Shown: positions 17,319-29,190 of the stretch, piece after piece | Layout of the letters: each line of letters starts with the position of its first letter | Numbering within the stretch: position 1 is the stretch's first letter | Origin: Macrostomum lignano | Taxonomy: Eukaryota | Assembly (NCBI GenBank): GCA_002269645.1 | Contig: NIVC01002371.1 | Span: 85,281-149,280, forward strand | Direction of reading: 5' to 3' | Length of the DNA stretch: 64,000 nucleotides | Notes under the pieces: generated by a model | What the model was told of the DNA's origin: nothing | What the model saw: only the letters and a program-made list of their open reading frames with translations | The model's database searches: none | Position numbers and translations under genes: made by a program

Positions 17319-20300
17319 ATGAATGAAGTAATCACAGGCCTATGGCTTGGTGGAGTCTATGCAGCCCTGAATGACACCGAACTCAAAGCCAAAGGTGTTA
17401 AAAGAATTGTCACAGTTTGCGACTACAATCCGTTGCAATATGACAAGCACAGATCGGAACAGTTTCCTCTAGAAGAGTTTCAGCAGCACTATGTTAAAGT
17501 TCTTGATGATGCTGATGAAGATTTGTTAAGCCATTTTAATGACTGTTTCACCTTTATCCGAGAGGGTTTGGAGACTGGAGTGGGCGTGTTAGTTCACTGG
17601 TGAGTTTGTATTTAAACTGTGTTAGCTTCTGAAAATTGTCAGGATTAATCAACCCTTTAGTTATCCATCGAATGAATTGAAGACTTAGGATCATACAGGG
17701 TATACAGCGGCCCCTTGATTGACTTTCTGATTGACCCAAGGGTCGCTATGTATATAGCTAATATATTGTCATTCCTCATCAACCTGCAGTCAGGTGGGTG
17801 TGTCTCGCAGTGCAAGCGTAGTGATTGCCTACTTGATGCACACCGATGGACTATCGCTACAGATGGCTTGCCGGAAAGTTAGCAACGCCAGGCCCATAAT
17901 ATCGTGAGTGTGTATTTTTTGCTGTCATGACATCGTGTGTTTTACTTGGATATTGCATTCTACTTTCAAGTTAAGTAGTGGCTTTTTGCATAAATTCAGA
18001 TAAATAAAAAGTTGACGGAAAAGTTGACGAAAAAGTTAACGGAAAAGTTGACGGCCAAAGTTATACTCGTACAGGATAAGATCTCCTATTTCCATACATA
18101 AAGTACAAAATAAAATCCCTTTATCCACACACTGACAATGGGATAAAATCCCTTTATCCACACACTGACAATGGGATAAAATCCCTTTATCCACACACTG
18201 ACAATGGAATAAAATCCCTTTATCCACACACTGACAATGGGATAAAATCCCTTTATCCACACACACAATTGGATAAAATCCCTTTATCCACACACTGACA
18301 ATGGGATAAAATCCCTTTATCAACACACTGACAATGGGATAAAATCCCTTTATCCACAGACTGACAGTGGGATAAAATCCCTTTATCCACAGACTGACAG
18401 TGGGATAAAATCCCTTTATCCACACACTGACAATGGGATAAAATCCCTTTATCCACACACTGACAATGGGATAAAATCCCTTTATCCACACACTGACAAT
18501 GGGATAAATCCCTTTATCCACACACACACAATTAGATAAAATCCCTTTATCCACACACTGACAATGAGATAAAATCCATTTATTAACACACTGAGAAGAG
18601 GATAGAATCCACACACACTGAGAAGGGGATAGAATCCACACACACTGAGAAGAGGATAGAATCCACACACACTGAGAAGGGGATAGAATCCACACACACG
18701 GAGAAGGGGATAGAATCCACATACACTGAGAAAGGGATAGAATCCACACACACTGAGAAAGGGATAGAATCCACACACACTGAGAAGGGGATAGAATCCA
18801 CACACACGGAGAAGGGGATAGAATCCACACACACTGAGAAAGGGATAGAATCCACACACACTGAGAAAGGGATAGAATCCACACACACACTGAGAAGGGG
18901 ATAGAATCCACACACACGGAGAAGGGGATAGAATCCACATACACTGAGAAAGGGATAGAATCCACACACACTGAGAAGGGGATAGAATCCACACACACTG
19001 AGAAAGGGATAGAATCCACACACACTGAGAAAGGGATAGAATCCACACACACTGAGAAAGGGATAGAATCCACACACACTGAGAAGGGGATAGAATCCAC
19101 ACACACTGAGAAAGGGATAGAATCCACACACACTGAGAAAGGAATAGAATTCACACACACACTGAGAAGGGGATAGAATCCACACACACACTGAGAAGGG
19201 GATAGAATCCACACACACTGAGAAAGGGATAGAATCCACACACACACTGAGAAGGGGATAGAATCCACACACACTGAGAAAGGGATAGAATCCACACAGA
19301 CTGAGAAAGGGATAGAATCCACACACACTGAGAAAGGGATAGAATCCACACACACACTGAGAAAGGGATAGAATCCACACACACTGAGAAAGGAATAGAA
19401 TCCACACACACTGAGAAGGGGATAGAATCCACACACACTGAGAAAGGGATAGAATCCACACACACTGAGAAAGGGATAGAATCCACACACACTGAGAAAG
19501 GGATAGAATCCACACACACTGAGAAAGGGATAGAATCCACACACACTGAGAAAGGGATAGAATCCACATACACTGAGAAAGGGATAGAATCCACACACAC
19601 ACTGAGAAAGGGATAGAATCCACACACACTGAGAAAGGGATAGAATCCACATACACTGAGAAAGGGATAGAATCCACATACACTGAGAAAGGGATAGAAT
19701 CCACACACACTGAGAAAGGGATAGAATCCACACACACACTGAGAAGGGGATAGAATCCACACACACACTGAGAAGGGGATAGAATCCACACACACTGAGA
19801 AGGGGATAGAATCCACACACACTGAGAAAGGGATAGAATCCACACACACTGAGAAAGGGATAGAATCCACACACACACTGAGAAGGGGATAGAATCCACA
19901 CACACACTGAGAAAGGGATAGAATCCACACACACTGAGAAAGGGATAGAATCCACACACACACTGAGAAGGGGATAGAATCCACACACACACTGAGAAGG
20001 GGATAGAATCCACACACACTGAGAAAGGGATAGAATCCACACACACTGAGAAAGGGATAGAATCCACACACACTGAGAAGGGGATAGAATCCACACACAC
20101 TGAGAAAGGGATAGAATCCACACACACTGAGAAAGGGATAGAATCCACACACACACTGAGAAGGGGATAGAATCCACACACACACTGAGAAGGGGATAGA
20201 ATCCACACACACTGAGAAAGGGATAGAATCCACACACACACTGAGAAGGGGATAGAATCCACACACACTGAGAAAGGGATAGAATCCACACAGACTGAGA

Positions 20301-21715
20301 AAGGGATAGAATCCACACACACTGAGAAAGGGATAGAATCCACACACACTGAGAAAGGGATAGAATCCACACACACTGAGAAAGGGATAGAATCCACACA
20401 CACTGAGAAGGGGATAGAATCCACACACACTGAGAAAGGGATAGAATCCACACACACTGAGAAAGGGATAGAATCCACACACACTGAGAAAGGGATAGAA
20501 TCCACACACACTGAGAAAGGGATAGAATCCACACACACTGAGAAAGGGATAGAATCCACATACACTGAGAAAGGGATAGAATCCACACACACACTGAGAA
20601 AGGGATAGAATCCACACACACTGAGAAAGGGATAGAATCCACATACACTGAGAAAGGGATAGAATCCACATACACTGAGAAAGGGATAGAATCCACACAG
20701 ACTGAGAAAGGGATAGAATCCACACACACACTGAGAAGGGGATAGAATCCACACACACACTGAGAAGGGGATAGAATCCACACACACTGAGAAGGGGATA
20801 GAATCCACACACACTGAGAAAGGGATAGAATCCACACACACTGAGAAAGGGATAGAATCCACACACACACTGAGAAGGGGATAGAATCCACACACACTGA
20901 GAAGGGGATAGAATCCACACACACTGAGAAAGGGATAGAATCCACACACACTGAGAAAGGGATAGAATCCACACATTAAGTACGGGATCATTTTTTATAT
21001 CGTTAGTTTTGAAATTTCGATAAAGCGCTCATTAATTAATTGGACTTCATTCAACATCGACTCAAACAAAAAACCAACCTCACTTTGCAGCCCCAACCCC
21101 GGCTTCATGTCCCAATTATCCCTATTCGAGTCCATGGGCAACCGCGTGGACCCCAGCCACCCGAAGTTCCGGCAGTTCCAGCTGTACCGGTTCGCCCAAG
21201 ATCAGCGGCGCGGCCAGATTGAAACCGACAAGATCCCCTGTGCCGCCGACCCGCCCGTCAATGCCGCTGACGGCGAGGCTGCCGTGTACCGCTGCCGGCG
21301 TTGCCGCCGCCCGCTGTTCCGCAGCTCCGGCCTGATGACTCATGCCACGTACCAGCCGAGGGGCAGCCCATCGGAGCAGCGGCTTCGTTGCTTGGCGGCG
21401 GCTTTCGACGATGCTGAAGCTGACGGTGACGACTACTGGATGGCAGAGGCACCGGCCGAAGCAGCCGATGTCGACTGTGGCCGAGAGCTGTTCGTTGAGC
21501 CGGTGGAATGGATGCGCGAGGACGCTGGCGCCGCAGTGTCCGGCAAGCTGGCGTGTCCGAAATGTTCGGCCAAGATTGGCTCGTTCAACTGGGCTGGCGA
21601 GCGGTGCAGCTGTGGCCAGTTTGTCTGTCCGGCATTTCACATCCGCTCGCAAGCGGTAGACGAGCCGGCTGGAGCGGCCGTGGCCTCGGTGGCCATGGCT
21701 GAGCCGCCTAAATGA
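17319..21715 (+). CDS. DUSP12: Dual-specificity phosphatase 12 / YVH1 orthologue, 3 exons
   Basis: Exons (17289, 17307 or 17319)-17599, 17790-17903 and 21091-21715 join in frame. The catalytic loop VHCQVGVSRSASVVIAYLM is split by intron 1, and PNPGFMSQL follows. The C-terminal Zn domain has YRCRRCRRPLF...GKLACPKCSAKIGSFNWAGERCSCG. Confidence 0.93.
18110..18583. repeat. 33-bp minisatellite (GGGATAAAATCCCTTTATCCACACACTGACAAT) with an internal GGATAAA/TTTATCC hairpin
   Basis: About 14 copies in DUSP12 intron 2. Confidence 0.95.
18584..20975. repeat. 27/29-bp minisatellite (CTGAGAARGGGATAGAATCCACACACA[CA])
   Basis: About 2.4 kb of tandem units in DUSP12 intron 2; source of the 607-978 aa spurious ORFs. 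Confidence 0.97.
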
Positions 21716-21811
21716 TCCCGGCTTCTGAGACTGCTCATGCTGTATGCGGGTGTATGAGACTTAGTTCTTCAGGGACTTTCCGTCTTCCTGTTGCTAGCTT
21801 AATGTGAATCC

Positions 21812-21834
21812 TAGATAGATAGATAGAATAGATG

Positions 21835-21897
<63 letters not shown>

Positions 21898-21926
21898 TAG
21901 ATAGAAGATAGATAGATAGATAGATG

Positions 21927-21968
<42 letters not shown>

Positions 21969-21975
21969 ATAGATG

Positions 21976-22017
<42 letters not shown>

Positions 22018-22024
22018 ATAGATG

Positions 22025-22071
<47 letters not shown>

Positions 22072-22089
22072 TAGATAGAAGATAGATAT

Positions 22090-22131
<42 letters not shown>

Positions 22132-22132
22132 G

Positions 22133-22170
<38 letters not shown>

Positions 22171-22190
22171 CGATAGACAGGTAGGCAGGT
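21812..22190. repeat. (GATA)n microsatellite downstream of the DUSP12 stop
   Basis: Direct reading; contains internal duplicated interruptions (GAATAGATGG, GATTAGATAGAA). Confidence 0.97.
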
Positions 22191-22886
22191 ATTTCAGTCC
22201 CTACTGGGCAGAGTATGTACTTGTGTTGACCTCATTAAACGGTAATAGTCGCAGCAGGTGGCACAATGCTCTTTTCGGCTAATTTACCTAATTATTTTCT
22301 CAATCCGGTCAGTTGAAAAATATCCAGCTTGCGTATCCCTTCCAATATGCGTCTTAACCGTATTTCTATGAAAATTTATTTTTATTTATACAGTGTCTTA
22401 ATCAGACAGTACATCATGAACTGGAGCCAACAGTCCCGTGCGGAGTTAACTACAATTCCCATTGCAGTTTTAATCGGTGTTTTATTATTCAGCAGAAGTT
22501 TCCTATTTTTTTATCCAACGGTTCAATTCTGCAAATAAATATACTTCTTATACTACAGTATCCAGCACACACGCGCTGTATATGGTCAGAGTTGCAATTA
22601 TTAAATATTAAGATTGACAGTTGTTATTTTGGTGGTACTTTATTGATTTATCAACATTAGTTCCAAATATTACTTGAGCAATGGTAACTAGACCATGGTT
22701 AACGCGCCTGAAGTGTTTATAAGAATCAAAGATGATGTAGGAACTTCCTGGGATTGCTAGTCTATTGAGACAAAAGGTTTTAACCGCGCAAAGTACAAGA
22801 TAACAAACTAAAAAATCTGCATCTTTGAATATATTAATCAGTGCTCGACTCTAGTCACCAGGTTGGGCAGTTATAGTTAAGTAGGA

Positions 22887-23015
22887 CCATAGACATAATT
22901 TCTGCTTACTGTGGGGACGGAATGCGGACTTATTCAAGTCAAGGAGTTCTATAAGTAGCAATCTGGAGTGGAAGCGTTATTGTAAAGATAAGGAGCCAAC
23001 ACTGAATGTCTATGG
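22887..23015. mobile_element. 129-bp segment bounded by a perfect 10-bp inverted repeat CCATAGACAT/ATGTCTATGG (possible tiny MITE)
   Basis: Inverted repeat at 22887-22896 and 23006-23015; no target-site duplication seen. Confidence 0.35.
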
Positions 23016-23678
23016 CTCTGTTTGACTCTGTCTATGCTAGTCTGGCCTCATGAGATAAAACTGAAAAACTCGCTTTCACTCCAGGTTGCTAATTATAGAA
23101 CTCCTTGCTTCAAGTTTACGTTGATACTCATAGATTTAGTTTCCGTTTTGATAGGAACATCCTTTAAGCCTCCTTTACGTTACCTCCAACCCAACTATAT
23201 GTAGCGTAAAGCCAACCACCGGGGCACGGGTAATGGGGCGGGGGTTCGGTGGAAACGGAAACTAACTGTACCGAGTTCTCAATGACAATATAGCGGATTA
23301 AGGGGGTTGAGGTCGCATCACCACTGAAGGTATATCTGCTTTTTGTAGTCAGAGGATAAGTGAAAGTTTCAGAAAAAATCTATTTACGAGTATCGGAAAA
23401 ATTTTAACCAACTAAACTTGAAGAAGTCCCGAGACTATTCAAATTTACCCAATAACAGCTAGCAGTATAGGGAGGGTCGTTCGCTTAGACATTTTCGTCC
23501 CCAGACTAGCAATTGTTATCACTGTTGGCCATAGACTAAATATTTCCTCCGAGCATTTCGCATCACTTATTGACAGGTTCATTAATTTATATTTGGTCTT
23601 CTAGCTCAGAGAGAAGCAGTTTTGTCCCGGCAATAGTTGGTTTTGCGTACCCCCTCCTCAATTCCGCCAAGCGCTCGA

Positions 23679-25319
23679 ATGATTTTAGACATCATGGATT
23701 CGTCGGAGTCTTCAGAGGATAACACGACCTCACTGACGCCTCTGTCGGAGTCGGACCCGTCGTCCTCTAGCGGAGACCCCTTGCAGAGACTCGAGGACCT
23801 GGGCCGCACCGTCTGGAGTCAGATCTCACAGTCCGACCAGTTCACTGAAAAGTACGGCCGTGACCTTGAAAACCCTGGCACCGTTCATTGTTACCTATTC
23901 ACCAGACTGCCTCGAGACGATACGCTTGCATTCGAAGCTTTTGCTAACGTTCAAACTGCGAGCATTATGAAGGAGGAGCTGGTATATCATTCAATTTTTG
24001 AGCGCTTGATTGAGCGGTACACGAAGAGTCGGGCAAAACCCAACCCGGTGTTGATGGAGACCAGGTCCACTGAGTTCTGCTACCGGCTGACTGTCCTGGT
24101 TGAGGCCGTGCCGCAACATCGCTGGGTTCTTCGTCCCGAGCTGCGTCTGTTACGCGAATACGCCATTCTGCGCCACATCTGGGAGACGTTCCGACTCGAG
24201 CTCGTGGCCAACGCCAGTCCCGCCGACCTTTTAGTCGGAATTCCCATGCCGTTTGAGTTTGTGAACGTGTCCGGCTTCCCCGAGTACGAATTCGTCAATC
24301 ACAATAGCGTTTGGCACCGGGGCATTCACGGAGAGGAGATCAACATGACCAAACTGGAGGTTCCTGGCACCACTGAGCGAGTCAGCTCGTCTCTCAGCTA
24401 CCTTTCCTTGGAGAAGCTCGGGCCGAATCTGCAATACCTGCTGGAGTTGCTTCGTTCCCAGCGGAGCATCATGAGCCTTTCTTCGGCATTGAAAATCCTC
24501 GATCAGCTGCTCTGCCGTCTGATGGTGCTGCACAAGTACGGCGTCATTCTCGGTAATTTGGACGTCAAGTTTCTTCACTTCGGCGTTCGGGAGGCTTCCA
24601 AGGTGCTGTACATCAGCCGTTATGACTGCGCGATGGTTGCGCCAACGCAGCACCGTTCAGCCGGGCCCTACAGCGACCGTTGCGCCTGTCTGTCTGCTAT
24701 TCGACGTCGCGAAGTACATTTTGTTCACGACATCGAGTCGGCATTCTACGTTTTCTTGTCGCTGATTTTTCCTATTTTACCCTGGGACGACGCTCGAACT
24801 ACATTGGACTCGTCTTCTTCCAACAGCCGGACAACTGGCACGACTCCCGGATCCAGTCGAGCTACCTGGATGGACGAGAAAGCCAACTTTTGGTCCAGCA
24901 ATTCCTGGTTCCAGAGAATGCTCAGACATGTCAACTCTGAATACACAGACAATGTGTATCGCGGCTTCACAGCCGATCTGCTCTCAATGCTGTACGCAAA
25001 GACTCAGGAGATTTTGGTCCAGGGCGAGTCGATACCGCAAGCTGACTACATGAGCAGCCTGATGACGCCAGCTTCCCCAGCCAACAATGCCTACAGCAAC
25101 TTGCGCAGGATCATCGCTCTGTACTTCCAATTCGAGAGCGTGTCGACCATCAGCAGAGACCCGGTCTGCTCAAAGAAGCTCGAGCTGCTACTCGCCGAGG
25201 ATCACCAGGACCGCCGGGTTCTGTGGAACCTCAACGACTGGTGCTGGAATCCGTTCTACCCGGCCTATGTGAGCAAGACCCGAACAAAGACCGTATCGAT
25301 GAAGATCACCAGCCACTGA
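23679..25319 (+). CDS. Intronless casein kinase 1-fold protein, probable pseudokinase
   Basis: LEKLGPNLQYLL...SLSSALKILDQLLCRLMVLHKYGVILGNL...LYISRYD...HDIESAFYV...LPW parallels CK1 MELLGPSL...[39 protein letters not shown]..LPW, but HRD and DFG are absent. Confidence 0.7.
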   Translation: MILDIMDSSESSEDNTTSLTPLSESDPSSSSGDPLQRLEDLGRTVWSQISQSDQFTEKYGRDLENPGTVHCYLFTRLPRDDTLAFEAFANVQTASIMKEELVYHSIFERLIERYTKSRAKPNPVLMETRSTEFCYRLTVLVEAVPQHRWVLRPELRLLREYAILRHIWETFRLELVANASPADLLVGIPMPFEFVNVSGFPEYEFVNHNSVWHRGIHGEEINMTKLEVPGTTERVSSSLSYLSLEKLGPNLQYLLELLRSQRSIMSLSSALKILDQLLCRLMVLHKYGVILGNLDVKFLHFGVREASKVLYISRYDCAMVAPTQHRSAGPYSDRCACLSAIRRREVHFVHDIESAFYVFLSLIFPILPWDDARTTLDSSSSNSRTTGTTPGSSRATWMDEKANFWSSNSWFQRMLRHVNSEYTDNVYRGFTADLLSMLYAKTQEILVQGESIPQADYMSSLMTPASPANNAYSNLRRIIALYFQFESVSTISRDPVCSKKLELLLAEDHQDRRVLWNLNDWCWNPFYPAYVSKTRTKTVSMKITSH

Positions 25320-25949
25320 GAAAATTACCCCCCCCCCCTCGAGCTTCTGCTGTCTTCATTTATTTGTATTCCATACTGAATTTTTTAGCACATTCTCGAA
25401 GTATCCACTGCATTATTGCCTTATTCTCTGGCTTACTTTATCTTCGAAAATGTTACGTTATTATTAACTCTGTCTAATTATTATTCGTATGCCGTATTTC
25501 TTTACTAAATTGTTTTGCTGCAACTATCGATGCCGGCTGCTTTCAATTGACAAAATAAACTATTAAACTCTTGGGCTTTTCCATCGGTTATCTTCAAACA
25601 TTTGAGATGGCAGAATTTTTAAAATTTTTGCTAAAAAGCTTCATATCAGGATTGATTAATTACTTTATTAGAATGATGATTGAAGAGAATATTAAGTATT
25701 GTATATTTCAACTCGAGATGTAAGGTACGATAAAAGTAACGTGTGTGCTCGCGAGTGTTACAGTTAGGCTTAGCTATTTCAATTGACATCGCTCGTATCG
25801 CTCAAAGCTGAATTTCTCGTATCGCAAGTTTCCTAATTGAAAAATATCTATGATACATGAAAATGAAACAAAGATTATTAAGTCTCTCTGAATCAATAGG
25901 AGTACATGTCTTGAAAAAGTTGCTCAATTTAACAAGCCTCGGTCACTGT

Positions 25950-27473
25950 TCAGTCGCTGGACTCGCTCGATCGTGGCACTACCTTCAACTTTATGGGGCT
26001 CTTTACCGTCAAGAATCCGCTAGGCTTGAACTCGAGCTTCTCGAACGGCAAAGTCTCCGGCAGAGTTTGGAACTCCACCTTGAGCAGCATCTCGGCCATG
26101 GCTTTCCGCACCTCCATCTGGGCCAGTCGCATGCCGATGCAGTTCCTCGGCCCCAGGCCAAACGGGATCAGGTAGGTCGGGTCGCGGCTCTCCGCGGAGT
26201 CCTCGTCGAACCGGTCCGGATTGAATCGCTCCGGCTCCTCCCAGACCTCCGGATCGTGCGCCAGGCAGTAGATCGGGATGCGCACGTTGATGCCCTTCTC
26301 GATCTCGTAGCCGTTCACCGTGGTGGTCTCGGTGCAGACTCTGTCTGTGAGCAAGGCCGGTGGACACAGCCGCATGGACTCCTCAAAGCAGTTGTTCAAG
26401 TAGCGGAGACTCTTCAGACACTCGTAGTTGACTTGGCCGCCATGGTTGGCTTTGGCCTCCAACACCTCTCGGTAGGCTCGGTCCTGGCAGTCCTTGTTCC
26501 AGGCCAGAAAGTACGCCAGGTACTGCATTGCGTTGGCTGTGGTCTCAAAGCCGGCAAGGAAGAAGGTGAGCGATTGGGCCATGACTTCGTGCTCTGTCAA
26601 GCCCTTGGCCCCCTCTTTCTCGGCTTCCCGACGTGCGACGACCATCGAGGCGAGAAAGTCGTGGTACTTGTCGGAATCGGCCGAGGCCTCGCGCTCAACA
26701 AGGGCGTCGTGGATGACCTTCTGGAAGAAGTCGAAGCTCTCCTTTGGAAACAGAGTGATTTCGAACCTTTTGAACAGTGGGATTGCTATTTTAGGAAAAA
26801 GCATGAGGGACAGGAATTTCCAGCTGAACAGCTTGATGTTAAACAACTCGGAACCGTGTCGCTTGAAGTCGTTGTTCGGATCATCCTGGGTGTTGATCTG
26901 GAGACCAAACAGCGTGCTCGCCACCACATCCATAGTGAAGTTGGTGAAGAAAGTCTTGATGTCGACACTTTCGTTGGAGGACTTTACAAGAGCGGTGCAA
27001 AGCTGATCTGAGCACTGCTCAACTAGGGGGAACATCGCTTTGATCTTGCCCGAGCTGAAAGTTGGCGACAAGATACTTCGAATGCGCTTCCACTCGTGGC
27101 CCTTGAGCACCGCGATTCCTTTGTCCAGCGGTTTCGTCTCGTTGCCTAGAGAGCCTCGGTCCGTGAAGTTCTCGGCTCGCTTGATGCACACCTGTTTGAT
27201 CATCTCGGTGTCGCCGATAACTAGCACCGGACTTCTCAGCGTGTAGGTGCCGTGCACTTTGCCGTACAGCTTTAAGTCCTCGACCATTTTTCCGTGGAAG
27301 CCCAGTCGCATAAATGAAGGCAGGTCGCCAATCAGTGGCAGCATTCTCGGGCCATTGATGCCGCGCTTCTTCCAGTAGCTGTAGGGCCACATGCCGTAGA
27401 TGTAGAAGGCTACGGTGCCCAGAGTGGTGTACACCAGCCAGTTTGGCACTTCAATCAGGCCTAGAATTTGCAT
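25950..27473 (-). CDS. Cytochrome P450, CYP3 clan (CYP3A-like), intronless, 507 aa
   Basis: ATG at 27473; N-terminal membrane anchor; AGFETT I-helix; EESMR (ExxR); PERF; heme motif PFGLGPRNCIG. Confidence 0.95.
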   Translation of the reverse strand: MQILGLIEVPNWLVYTTLGTVAFYIYGMWPYSYWKKRGINGPRMLPLIGDLPSFMRLGFHGKMVEDLKLYGKVHGTYTLRSPVLVIGDTEMIKQVCIKRAENFTDRGSLGNETKPLDKGIAVLKGHEWKRIRSILSPTFSSGKIKAMFPLVEQCSDQLCTALVKSSNESVDIKTFFTNFTMDVVASTLFGLQINTQDDPNNDFKRHGSELFNIKLFSWKFLSLMLFPKIAIPLFKRFEITLFPKESFDFFQKVIHDALVEREASADSDKYHDFLASMVVARREAEKEGAKGLTEHEVMAQSLTFFLAGFETTANAMQYLAYFLAWNKDCQDRAYREVLEAKANHGGQVNYECLKSLRYLNNCFEESMRLCPPALLTDRVCTETTTVNGYEIEKGINVRIPIYCLAHDPEVWEEPERFNPDRFDEDSAESRDPTYLIPFGLGPRNCIGMRLAQMEVRKAMAEMLLKVEFQTLPETLPFEKLEFKPSGFLTVKSPIKLKVVPRSSESSD

Positions 27474-29190
27474 GGTAGCTCTTCTTCTGCTAAAAATTAT
27501 TTTATAAAATTTTATACCGATGCAGAGTCCGCCAAATTGACAAAATTTTACCACAGAGTTTCTTGTATTTATAGTTTTTGCGTCGAGCAAAACGGATTGC
27601 ACAACGCTTAGTCAGACCGTGAAAAACGATTTCAAAACACCTTTAGACCATGTCAGCTCGCTATTAGTCAGTGTCAGCTGCGTTCTTTGGGGCCTTGTCT
27701 GCAAACTCTTTACCCCCTGCGCCCTCTAGAGTTGTGGTGTGGACGGGTCAAGAAGGTGAACGAAGTGCATGTTCGTCCTATTTTGTTAGAACTGTACACT
27801 AAAGAGTACACCCAGTAGCTTTAGCTTGCTACCTGCCACCTTCTTGTCGATTAAAGCGATAACGATGCCTTATTGAATGTCTGCGCATGTACTAAAGATC
27901 CGAACTGGTAGACAACGGGGTTCCATAAATGGCAACGATTCTCATATAAAAAATGTAGCTAATTTGATTAAATGTTTTGGAGGTATTATAGTTTTTGAAA
28001 AATACATGCAGCCAGTACCCCTTCTCCCAAATAGCAAGTACCCCCCCCCCCTCAAGAGAAAAATCTTAGTAAAAATTGTCAAAATCTATTTCAAAAAATT
28101 TCTTAGTCAAAATTGATTGTTAACTGTTCAATATTGATTCGGAGTTGTCAAAAATGAAGCGGACTTTTTGGGTACACAAACCATAGAGTGTCAGTTTTGA
28201 AGCAACTCTGTCAAAATAGAATCAGACTTTGCAGCCCAACCAGTCAGGCTATTTTAGTCTGTGTGTCTAAAGGATGGAGAAAAATAAATTTTATCAATAC
28301 TTGTAGATCCAAAAAGCAAAGTCAGAATAAGCTGATTTTGCACAGCTCACTTCAGCCCCGTTCAGGCTTTCATTGGATTACTTTGTTACCGAATTCTCCC
28401 AGGAGAAGTTGACTAAATGTGCATTGTCAAAATTGAACCAGAGTTTGTCAAAATTGAAGCTTGATCTGTCAATATTGATTGTAGATTTTGAGTGCCCGAC
28501 CATAGAGTGTCAATATTGAAGAGGAGTTTGTCAGTTTCGAAGTTCTCCTTGTTCAAAATCGAGGGTAAAATGGTGTAAACACTTTAAATATTTCTCAGCT
28601 GAAAGTTGATACGACCTGATACGAAATTCAAACCTGAAGGTTTCGGCCACAGACAAAAGCACAGAGCCAATTCGAAAACTTCTGCATTCATTGACTACAC
28701 AGTACATAATTTCTTGTAAAGTAAACTCGAAAAAACAGACAAAGTACTTAAGTAGCGTCATTAGCATTGGCAGCGGCTAATACCTTGATACTCCGCCTCA
28801 AAAAAGCTTTTTAAAAGCATACGCTACTACTTACTACAAGTAGCTTTCTAGAATTTTCATTTAGCACATTTTCTTCAGGACGCATTTTTTCGGCTGTACA
28901 GTTAGTTCGGTAGAGCATTCGTGGTCTGTTCTGAGTCCATTGTGCTTGCTTTATTAGATGCCAGAGTTTGCACAAGCCATACTATACCTGAACGGCGCAC
29001 AATGCTACGCTTTTTCCTCCTAAATTTCATTTCATTTTCGTCTTTTCATGCTCGAGACTTGGAGTTGCAGTGCGTGCTAAGCATATATGGGCTTTTTCAA
29101 GTTTGGCAAAGAAGAAGCATCACGCGACGCTAAGACCTTGAGCACTCAACTTAGATCATCCAAAGCCGGCGGTGACAGCAAAATTCGGTC

